Numbered from the stretch's first letter, positions 1 through 6,988 are shown. The stretch is DNA of 48,280 nucleotides from an uncultured Planctomycetales bacterium (GCA_964593005.1 CAZQGT010000004.1:1-48280), one strand, 5' to 3'. Notes: generated from the sequence alone by a model not told the origin. Made by a program: numbers and translations.

Positions 1-583
1 ACCAAAGCAGGAGAAAGTGCTTAAATTTATTCAAAAACGGGTAGGGGAGAGGCTGCCTCCTACGATTAGAGAGATAGGGGAGGAGCTGGGGTTTAAATCT
101 ACCGGAACAGTAAGGGACTACCTGAAGGTTTTAATCCAGAAAGGATTGGTGAGGCGGATGAATAATAAATCCCGGGCAATAGAATTAACTGAACAGGCCA
201 GTTTCAATAAAATTCCCATAATTGGTACTATAATGGCTGGTAAGCCTAATCTGGCTTATGAGGAAATTCAGGGTTACGTAGACAGTGATGATTTATTCCT
301 TGGCCGTTTAGGCTTTGATGATGTTTTTGCCCTAAGGGTTAAAGGCGATAGTATGGTTGATGCCGGCATACTTGACGGAGATATCGCAGTTATCAAGAAG
401 CGCCCTAATGCCGAGAATAATGATATAGTTGCTGCTTTGCTGGATAACAACGAGGTTACTTTAAAAAGGTTGCGTAGTAAATCCGGTAAGTTCCATCTGG
501 AGGCTGCCAACAGCAATTACCCGCCAATTTTTGAAGAGTTTAAGGTTATAGGAAAGCTTATTACGGTAATCAGGAAGTATTAA
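1..583 (+). CDS. lexA: LexA SOS repressor (5'-truncated by window edge)
   Basis: Winged helix PPTIREIG...FKSTGTV, Ala-Gly cleavage site (IMAGKP), catalytic Ser in GDSM and Lys in VTLKR. The frame is open upstream of the listed GTG (PKQEKVLK), so the true start lies before base 1. Confidence 0.95.
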   Translation, partial: PKQEKVLKFIQKRVGERLPPTIREIGEELGFKSTGTVRDYLKVLIQKGLVRRMNNKSRAIELTEQASFNKIPIIGTIMAGKPNLAYEEIQGYVDSDDLFLGRLGFDDVFALRVKGDSMVDAGILDGDIAVIKKRPNAENNDIVAALLDNNEVTLKRLRSKSGKFHLEAANSNYPPIFEEFKVIGKLITVIRKY

Positions 584-594
584 CTCCGCTAGCT

Positions 595-903
595 ATGAAT
601 CAGAATAGCTTTAACCCTAAAGCCCGCTGGGACAGGTTTGAGCCCGGGGAAACTGTTTTTGATCCGGATATCTTAAATGAGCGTATTGAAGTCCTGGCGC
701 TTTTTAAATGCGCCAAAATATTTCCCAAAAGCTTTGCCTGGAATAATAAAGAATATGTTGTTGAGAAGATTACTTATAATTGGCAGGAGCGCATTGGCCA
801 GGCATTAATTAACTACTTTTCCGTATCTTGTGCAGGTTCAATGTACCAGATATCTTTTGATAATTCCACCTTCCGCTGGCAGATTGACAAACTCATCCAA
901 TAA
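595..903 (+). CDS. Small beta-rich protein in the lexA-dinB cassette (DUF6504-like, tentative)
   Basis: 102-aa ORF 11 bp after lexA, with a P..F.W..Y.V..I..W...YFSV...Y.I.F....W pattern of the kind seen in small dinB-associated proteins. The family name is tentative. Confidence 0.65.
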   Translation: MNQNSFNPKARWDRFEPGETVFDPDILNERIEVLALFKCAKIFPKSFAWNNKEYVVEKITYNWQERIGQALINYFSVSCAGSMYQISFDNSTFRWQIDKLIQ

Positions 904-962
904 GGTTTATTTAGAAAAGTCCTTACGAGCGCAGCGAGTAAGGGTTAATTCAACACAAATAC

Positions 963-1645
963 AATCCCGGTAAGTTTATATGATTCTGCATATTGATATG
1001 GATGCTTTTTTTGCTTCGGTTGAAGAGGCAATCAACCCGAGGCTTAAAGGTAAGCCTCTAATTATCGGCTCGCGCGGGAATAAAATGCATACCGTGGTTT
1101 GCGCGGCCAATTATGCGGCTAAAGCTTTGGGTATTCATTCCGGTATGCCTACCAGGAGAGCTTATAGTATTTACTCTAAGTTGGAATTTGTGGCAGCTGA
1201 CCAGGCTAAGTATATTTGGACTTCAGAGCAAATTCTTGAGCTTCTCAAGAGGTTTAGCTTGCCCTTAAATTATGCCTCAATTGATGAATTTCAGCTGGAC
1301 CTTAGCAGCTATCCAGGCCCAAACCCGGTAAGTTTGGGTAAAGAGATTAAGGCGCAGATATATGCAAACTTTAACATTACTGCTTCGGTTGGAATAGCTA
1401 AGAACTGGCTTCTTGCCAAACTTGCTTCAAAGCTGAATAAGCCGGATGGGCTGACTGTAATCGATGATTCAAACTTTGAACAGGTTTTACAAAGGGCAAG
1501 CCTGGATAAACTTTGCGGGATGGGCGGTAAAAACGGCCAGGTTTTAATGGCTCGAGGCCTGAAAACATGCTGGGATCTATACCTAAACTTACCGGGATTT
1601 TTTGATAATAATTCCGGTAAGTTTGAGGAGAATCCCGGTAAGTCT
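963..1645. repeat. Cluster of the 15-mer AATCCCGGTAAGTTT in and directly before dinB
   Basis: Copies at 963-977 (+, exact), 1321-1335 (+, 14/15), 1585-1599 (-, exact), 1610-1624 (+, 14/15) and 1631-1645 (+, 14/15). Weaker copies at 479-493 and 2175-2189. Confidence 0.75.
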
Positions 1646-2089
1646 AGTGAAAAGCCAAAATCAATAAGCCATTCATATACATTGCCTAAACATCAAACAA
1701 ACCCCCAGGTTATTCAAGCCTGGATCAGGTTACTGTCTGAAATGGTTGCTGTAAGGCTTAGGCAGCAGGATTTGTTTAGTTCAACAGTTCATCTTTGGTT
1801 GAATGGTCCGGAAATTGGTAATTTTGGGGCTCAAAAGACTCACCAGTCGTCAACTAATGACGGTTATGAGATTTGCCAAAGAGCCCTTAAAATAATGGAG
1901 AAATTAAGTCATAGAAATCCCAGAATCCGGGCAATTGGGGTCACTTGCAGCGGTCTTTCCTGGAAGACGTATCAACCCTTACTTAGTGAAGAAGTACGCA
2001 GAGAGGGGCTTATTCAGGCCCTAGACCGCATAAATAACCGCTTTGGGGAGGGGGTAATTTACCCTGCAATTACTGCTTTAACCCGTTAA
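980..2089 (+). CDS. dinB: Y-family DNA polymerase IV
   Basis: ILHIDMDAFFASVE, ASIDE, ASVGIA..LLAKLASK..KPDG, KSISHS little-finger domain and C-terminal LD.IN.RFG motif. Confidence 0.93.
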   Translation: MILHIDMDAFFASVEEAINPRLKGKPLIIGSRGNKMHTVVCAANYAAKALGIHSGMPTRRAYSIYSKLEFVAADQAKYIWTSEQILELLKRFSLPLNYASIDEFQLDLSSYPGPNPVSLGKEIKAQIYANFNITASVGIAKNWLLAKLASKLNKPDGLTVIDDSNFEQVLQRASLDKLCGMGGKNGQVLMARGLKTCWDLYLNLPGFFDNNSGKFEENPGKSSEKPKSISHSYTLPKHQTNPQVIQAWIRLLSEMVAVRLRQQDLFSSTVHLWLNGPEIGNFGAQKTHQSSTNDGYEICQRALKIMEKLSHRNPRIRAIGVTCSGLSWKTYQPLLSEEVRREGLIQALDRINNRFGEGVIYPAITALTR

Positions 2090-2207
2090 ATTCTTCGTAG
2101 AAAAATCTTTAATTAAACGCAAAAAATCCTTATAGCTAGATAAAGAAAGTTTCCTATAACCGTTAAGCTTATAGAATAGCGGTAAGTTTAAGTAAAGAAG
2201 AAACGTA

Positions 2208-2257
2208 TTTTCCACAGGTAAAAAACACCCCAAGATAACCCATTGTCTTCCACAGGT
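2208..2257 (+). promoter_or_regulatory. Two DnaA-box-like sites (TTTTCCACA 2208-2216; TCTTCCACA 2246-2254)
   Basis: The first matches TTWTNCACA exactly and the second has one mismatch. Both sit in a repeated TTCCACAGGT. Confidence 0.4.
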
Positions 2258-2283
2258 TTAGGGATACTTACGTAAGATTGACA

Positions 2284-2311
2284 AGTTAACATAAGATATA
2301 TTATAGGAAGT
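2284..2311 (-). other. Chromosome dimer resolution site dif (XerC/XerD)
   Basis: The minus strand reads ACTTCCTATAA-TATATC-TTATGTTAACT, an 11-6-11 layout closely matching Bacillus-type dif (ACTTCCTAGAA-TATATA-TTATGTAAACT). It is intergenic and lies exactly where gene orientation converges. Confidence 0.88.
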
Positions 2312-2393
2312 ACACCTTTGGGTCAAAATAGGCTAAAATAGCCTGAAAGTAACTTGTTGGATAAGATTTTAGTATGGTTTTTAAGGGTTTGAT

Positions 2394-2741
2394 TTAGGCG
2401 GTTTGCTGTTTCTCTACAGTATTCTGATTAGTGTCTTGGCGAGTACTGATTATATATTGGCCGCCTTGTATTCTAATTGCAGATCCGGTAGTTATTCCCT
2501 TGGCTATTAGGCTGTGTGCTTTTCTTAGGATCCGGCTAAAGGTTTGTTGTGATATACGCATAGATTTAGCTGCCTCTTTCTGGGCTAAACCCTGGTAATC
2601 TGCCAGCCTTAAGGCCTCAAATTCGTCAATTTTAAGCTCTACCTCATCAGGCCTCCCCGGCTTGCCCCTTGGGCTAAATTGACTGATTTTAGGGTCAATC
2701 TTGACTATTCTGTATTTTCCCGGTCTTCCTCGTGGGCGCAT
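2394..2741 (-). CDS. DUF134-family HTH DNA-binding protein
   Basis: MRPRGRP..R, DEFEALRLADYQGL.Q.EAA..M.IS..TF.RIL..A..IA...I.I.GG signature. Confidence 0.88.
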   Translation of the reverse strand: MRPRGRPGKYRIVKIDPKISQFSPRGKPGRPDEVELKIDEFEALRLADYQGLAQKEAAKSMRISQQTFSRILRKAHSLIAKGITTGSAIRIQGGQYIISTRQDTNQNTVEKQQTA

Positions 2742-2772
2742 TTACTTAGACTTACCTACGTTTAACGCCGGT

Positions 2773-2834
2773 TTTATTATGAGTACCTACTCGCAATAAA
2801 TCTGTATTTATTATGAGTACTTACTTATAAATAG
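2773..2834. promoter_or_regulatory. Two tandem palindromic operators TTAT(G/A)AGTA-N2-TACT(C/T)..AA upstream of the DUF134 gene
   Basis: TTTATTATGAGTA-CC-TACTCGCAATAAA (2773-2800) and TTTATTATGAGTA-CT-TACTTATAAATAG (2807-2834), 34 bp apart with identical 13-bp left arms. Confidence 0.65.
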
Positions 2835-2844
2835 GCGTTTTTTA

Positions 2845-2870
2845 GGGCCTGTTTTGTGTTTAACAGGCCC
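2845..2870. terminator. Hairpin downstream of the ParA-CBM48 operon
   Basis: GGGCCTGTT-N8-AACAGGCCC 9-bp stem just after the stop at 2876. The U-tail on the minus strand is poor. Confidence 0.5.
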
Positions 2871-2875
2871 CAGGT

Positions 2876-3295
2876 TTATACTTTATAAACTTTATCCCCT
2901 TGCCTGACTCTGGAGCTTACCAGGAGCCCTATTTCATCGCCTTTCTTAGCTCTTGAGATATCTATCCGGTCTATCTGCATTGAGCTTATAATTTGAACCA
3001 GGTCCGTGGTGTGCCCCATTATCTTCACTGTGTTTCCTATGTTTAATGGTTTTTTTAGCTTGATTACTGCTGCTTGAACATGTGGGAAATAATGTGTAAT
3101 TAAGCCCACAAGATTGCCTTCTTGTTTAGCCGGTTTTTTCCCTGCGGGTTTAGCTCTTTTTACGGCTGGTTTACGTTTTTTTAAGGCAGGTTTTTTTCTT
3201 ACTATTTTTTTCTTAATTGGTCGTTTTTTTGGCGTTTTCTTTGTTGTTTTCTTAGCCGCCTTCTTGACTTTCTTCCCCTTTTTCTTCAAAGCCAT
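2876..3295 (-). CDS. Lys-rich (histone H1-like) N-terminus fused to an EF-Tu domain II-like / U32 peptidase C-terminal-like beta-barrel
   Basis: About 58 aa of K/A/P repeats, then G.ITHYF....AVI.L...L.IG..V.I.G.TTD..Q.I.SMQID...I..A..GDEIG..V..RVR.GD.VY. Strong RBS (AAGGAGGTG). Confidence 0.8.
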   Translation of the reverse strand: MALKKKGKKVKKAAKKTTKKTPKKRPIKKKIVRKKPALKKRKPAVKRAKPAGKKPAKQEGNLVGLITHYFPHVQAAVIKLKKPLNIGNTVKIMGHTTDLVQIISSMQIDRIDISRAKKGDEIGLLVSSRVRQGDKVYKV

Positions 3296-3319
3296 AGCGA
3301 CACCTCCTTATAGGATTTT

Positions 3320-3646
3320 CTAAAGGATAACTTTCTCAGATATTTCGGTTATTACCGGTATACGGCAGTATATCCCAAGTGCTGCCTGCATAATACCCCA
3401 TATGGAGATTAAAAGGAATACCGCATAACCGAAAACTCCGATTAACCAGCCTAATAACGGTATAATTGATAGTATAAAAGCTGCAACTTCCATAACAAAA
3501 AGAACTAAACCCTGCTTGGCATGGTAAAGGGCGAATTTATTATCTTTTTTTAAGGCCAGGGTTATGATACAAAGGAAAGAAGCATAAGAAATTACAGCGA
3601 AGAATTTGCCTTCGCGGACTATATCTTCTTCAAAAGTTTGTGCCAT
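3320..3646 (-). CDS. Small membrane protein (DUF4870/Tic20-like)
   Basis: A.ISY...KDNKFALYHAKQGLVLF...IP.LGW...GI.QA..G...RIP pattern with 3 hydrophobic segments. The start was moved to the ATG at 3646 (GAGG RBS). Confidence 0.8.
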   Translation of the reverse strand: MAQTFEEDIVREGKFFAVISYASFLCIITLALKKDNKFALYHAKQGLVLFVMEVAAFILSIIPLLGWLIGVFGYAVFLLISIWGIMQAALGIYCRIPVITEISEKVIL

Positions 3647-3653
3647 AGTTTCC

Positions 3654-4748
3654 TCAGGTTTTAATCTCAAGCAGTGAGTCCATGGTCCCGTAAGGATTAA
3701 CCTGCTTTAGCGGGTTGTTCGGGTCTTCGGACCAGTTTCCATCAATCACAAAGCGGTAACGGTATTTTCCGCTGTTAAGGTTTATTCTTTTACTCCAAGA
3801 CCCGTTATTTTGTTCCATACGGCTGTTTTCATCCAGCTTCCAGTTATTAAATTCGCCGGCCAGATAAACTTCTTTTGCTTCAGGCGCCTTAACTGTAAGG
3901 GTGGTTTCATTTAACTTAGGTAAGGTTTCTTTCAAGATCTCATTCATCCTTTTTTCCAGTGTTTTTTCAGCAGCAGCCTCTCTGAAAGAGGGATTTTCCT
4001 GGGTAATTATTTCACGTGAAAGGCTGAAATAATCTTTTGCCCCGCGGCAGTATTTGTCGTAGGTAAAGACATTTAAGCCCTCATTCTGCGCTTCCTTTAG
4101 TTTTACATTTACATGTATAATATTTGAGAACATTTTTTCTTGGTAGTCAGCCTTAATTTTGTCCAGCATTTTAAAAGAGTGCTGCAGGCGGGAGTCAAAA
4201 TTAGTAACTAATACGCGGAAGCCTACATTGTGGTTTAACCTTGTGTTGACCAGCTCAATAATGCTGGTTAACTGGCTTAATCCTTCAAGAGAAAATCTGC
4301 TGGCTTCAACGGGAATAATGATTTCATTGGCTGAACGGATAGCGTTAATCGTCAGTATTCCCAGATTCGGCGGGCAATCAATCAGTATATAGTCATAGTT
4401 ATTTTTGAAGTTATTCAGGGTTTCGTAAAGCCGGCTTTCACGGCCGATTTCTCCGCTTAATTCCTGCTCCAGGGTGCTTAATATCAGGCTGGATGGCGCG
4501 ATATCAAAATTTTCACCCAGGTTCTGAATGATTTCGTCTAACCGGCATTTCTTATGAGTAATTTTAGAAAGCACATTATATATGCTTAAATCTGATTTAA
4601 TATTAAGGCCGCTGGTTGCGTGTGCTTGCGGGTCAAGGTCAATAAGCAGTACTTTGCGGTTATTCGCCGCCAGGGCAGCCGCTAAATTTATGGAAGTTGT
4701 TGTTTTGCCGCATCCGCCTTTTTGATTAGCGATTGATATAATACGCAT
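3654..4748 (-). CDS. ParA/Soj-family ATPase fused to a C-terminal AMPK-beta-type glycogen-binding domain (CBM48)
   Basis: Deviant Walker A KGGCGKTT, DLDPQ and DCPP. The C-terminal ~85 aa read APEAKEVYLAGEFNNW...W...L..GKYRYRFVIDGNW..DPNNP...NPYG. Confidence 0.92.
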   Translation of the reverse strand: MRIISIANQKGGCGKTTTSINLAAALAANNRKVLLIDLDPQAHATSGLNIKSDLSIYNVLSKITHKKCRLDEIIQNLGENFDIAPSSLILSTLEQELSGEIGRESRLYETLNNFKNNYDYILIDCPPNLGILTINAIRSANEIIIPVEASRFSLEGLSQLTSIIELVNTRLNHNVGFRVLVTNFDSRLQHSFKMLDKIKADYQEKMFSNIIHVNVKLKEAQNEGLNVFTYDKYCRGAKDYFSLSREIITQENPSFREAAAEKTLEKRMNEILKETLPKLNETTLTVKAPEAKEVYLAGEFNNWKLDENSRMEQNNGSWSKRINLNSGKYRYRFVIDGNWSEDPNNPLKQVNPYGTMDSLLEIKT

Positions 4749-4773
4749 GAGCGCTTCCTCCTTAAGAAATAGT

Positions 4774-5346
4774 TTATTTAGTTACCTTAATATTATCTAT
4801 ATAGACAATCCCTGATTTTTCTTTAGCGTTCCATTCCTCAACGCTAAAAGACAGGATTTTCATTTGTTCCCAATTATTTATTTTTGCAAAACGGGTTAAA
4901 TCAACCTGATGGTTTGTCCATTTGGCCGGAATGTCTTTTACATAAACTTCCGCTTTTTCGTTGAAACGGTTGATGAATTCAATTTTTAAAGCAATAGTAT
5001 CTTTAGGGTTAACTTTTCTAGCCGCAAAACAGAGGGTTTTGTATTTTGAAAGGTTTAATTGCTTGAGCTCAAGCGAAAAAGTTTCTTTTTTAGCAGGATC
5101 AAAGTTGAAATTCAATTTTGCCGTGTCTTGGAATAAAAACAGGGAAATTTGAGCGTTTTGGTTTCGGTAATTAAGATGAGAATACGCTACCCCGCTGCCC
5201 AAACCTAAAACCAGGAGTAATCCGACGAGGATTATTTTGCGGATTGGTTTCGGAGATGACTTTGATTTACGTTTTCTCTTTGATGATTTAGAAGAGGCAT
5301 CCAGGTAAATATTCGCCAGATGCTCGTAGATTTCTTTCTTATCCAT
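4774..5346 (-). CDS. Single-pass membrane protein with a galactose-binding-like/CBM11-like beta-sandwich domain
   Basis: Basic N-terminal tail and one TM helix (IILVGLLLVLGLGSGVAY), then NLSKYKTL.F..R...LKIEF...W....VDL..F...W.....F.......SGIVYIDNI. Confidence 0.7.
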   Translation of the reverse strand: MDKKEIYEHLANIYLDASSKSSKRKRKSKSSPKPIRKIILVGLLLVLGLGSGVAYSHLNYRNQNAQISLFLFQDTAKLNFNFDPAKKETFSLELKQLNLSKYKTLCFAARKVNPKDTIALKIEFINRFNEKAEVYVKDIPAKWTNHQVDLTRFAKINNWEQMKILSFSVEEWNAKEKSGIVYIDNIKVTK

Positions 5347-5356
5347 ATGAAATTAT

Positions 5357-5385
5357 TTTATAACACAAAAGTCAAGCTGTGTCAA
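5357..5385 (-). promoter_or_regulatory. Sigma70-type promoter for the CBM-ParA/CBM48-DUF4870-Lys-rich operon
   Basis: TTGACA (5385-5380, overlapping the GH57 stop), 17 bp spacer, extended -10 TGtTATAAA. This would give a nearly leaderless mRNA. Confidence 0.6.
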
Positions 5386-6917
5386 GGGTTTAGATATGTT
5401 GGGGTATCCTGATTAATAAGTTTATAGAAATTAGTCAGGTGTATCCGAAACAGTCGGTCAAATGAGCCATCAGGGTCTTCTCCGGCCCACCAAAACCAAT
5501 CGCTCCCTTCTAAAATATACATTTGTTTTAAAGCCAGTTCATTTATCGGTTCTTTAGTTTTTTCTAATGCCTTTCTGGCGTCAGCTAGCCATTCCCAACA
5601 TTTAACTTTACTGGGATTTCCAATCCATTTGCCGAATTCACCGTAAATCCATGAGCCGGCGCTTAAACGTTTAATTTCATTTTCCGCGGGGTTGAGTTTC
5701 AAGTATTCACTTACCGTGGTTGTCTTAATAAAATCGCTATCCGAAAGACGCTGATAAAATAACTCCAGGAAATCATGGCCGTCATTACGGAAAAACTCCC
5801 AGGCGTTTTCTCCGTCCATAGCAATGGTAACCAGGGTATCTTTTCCCTTGAAAGCCCTATCTATATTCTCCAAATGGCCTATGAAATTATTTACCGCATC
5901 ATTTTCTTTCATCCCGTGGTAATTAAAACCGATTAAATCCGAAAGGTTGCGGTCACGAAAAACGATATTTAACTCTTTCCCCTTTCTTTTTAATAAATGA
6001 GGCTGATATAAAAGCCGGGTATTACGTTTCTTAATTTTTAGTGATTTAAAAAGGATTGCTTCATCCGTAACTATCCATTTTATTCCGGATTCAATTATAA
6101 ATGGAAGGATGTGCTCGCTGACTGCCTCTTCCGATGGCCACATACCTTCTGGGGCTCCGTCAAACTTTTGTTTATAGAATTCCACTGCGCTATCGATATG
6201 CCTCTTTGCATCAAGCGGGTAGTTAAATTCTTTCTTGGGTAGCGTGGTCTTTTTATTTGCTTCCTTGGCAATATTGGTGCTACATAATAAAGGTAAAATT
6301 GGATGATAATACGGCGTAACGCTGATTTCTATCTGGTTATTTTGTTTATAAAGACGGTATGCCGGGATAATTTCTTTTAATATGAGCAGCTGTTTCTCTA
6401 AGACAATATGTTTATCTTCTTCGCTAAAGAACCTTTCCTTGGCGGATATTTTCTTTAACTCCGGGATATTTTGCCTGAATGATGGGTCTATCCAGGCTAA
6501 GTTGAAATAGAGTTGCAGGTCAAGGTAGTCCTGGGGAGAAAACTCCTGTCCGCGCTGCCTTTTAAGGTATAGCTCATAATAACGCGGAAAAGTTGCGATT
6601 ACCCTCTCTCTGTTTATGGAAAAAAAATTCTGCAGGATGAAATCTTTATCGGATTTGGTTAATTCCTGAGCGGGTTTCTTGGTTAGTTCGCTGAATTTGT
6701 CTTTTACCAGGCCATTGTTATAGTCTTCCACCTGTTCGAATAAAGACGGGACAACATTAAAGGTTTGTTTAATTTTGGGGAATTTCTCTAAGATCTGCAC
6801 CATATCCAGGTAATCTTTAACCCCGTGCAGCCTTACCCAGGGCAAGTTACTCTCCTGTGTCAGGAGGTTCTTGTAATACGGCTGGTGCATATGAAAGATA
6901 AAGGCAAGATTTAGCAT
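5382..6917 (-). CDS. Glycoside hydrolase family 57 (amylopullulanase-like)
   Basis: HMHQP, LPWVRLH..KDY, TPYYHPILPLL, nucleophile region WPSEEAVS, acid/base region MDGENAWE, EGSDWFWW. Confidence 0.92.
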   Translation of the reverse strand: MLNLAFIFHMHQPYYKNLLTQESNLPWVRLHGVKDYLDMVQILEKFPKIKQTFNVVPSLFEQVEDYNNGLVKDKFSELTKKPAQELTKSDKDFILQNFFSINRERVIATFPRYYELYLKRQRGQEFSPQDYLDLQLYFNLAWIDPSFRQNIPELKKISAKERFFSEEDKHIVLEKQLLILKEIIPAYRLYKQNNQIEISVTPYYHPILPLLCSTNIAKEANKKTTLPKKEFNYPLDAKRHIDSAVEFYKQKFDGAPEGMWPSEEAVSEHILPFIIESGIKWIVTDEAILFKSLKIKKRNTRLLYQPHLLKRKGKELNIVFRDRNLSDLIGFNYHGMKENDAVNNFIGHLENIDRAFKGKDTLVTIAMDGENAWEFFRNDGHDFLELFYQRLSDSDFIKTTTVSEYLKLNPAENEIKRLSAGSWIYGEFGKWIGNPSKVKCWEWLADARKALEKTKEPINELALKQMYILEGSDWFWWAGEDPDGSFDRLFRIHLTNFYKLINQDTPTYLNP

Positions 6918-6930
6918 AATTTTTACTATT

Positions 6931-6967
6931 AAAAAACCCTCGGAGGATTTACATCCCCCGAGGGTTT
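6931..6967 (-). terminator. Rho-independent terminator of the porin gene
   Basis: The minus strand reads AAACCCTCGGGGGATGTAAATCCTCCGAGGGTTTTTT: a GC stem plus U-tail. Confidence 0.85.
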
Positions 6968-6988
6968 GGTATTTCTACATAAGCTGTA

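Noticed and set aside
2278-2306. TTGACA...TATTAT promoter-like sequence on the + strand
   Set aside because: The spacing is poor, no downstream + strand gene exists, and the sequence is explained by the dif site.
2090-2393. Possible oriC (AT-rich spacer with DnaA-box-like sites)
   Set aside because: Genes converge on rather than diverge from this point, a dif-like site is present, and there is no dnaA/dnaN/gidA context.
3654-4748. Chromosome-partitioning ParA of a parABS system
   Set aside because: No parB or parS palindrome is visible, it has an extra CBM48 domain, and it sits at the terminus.
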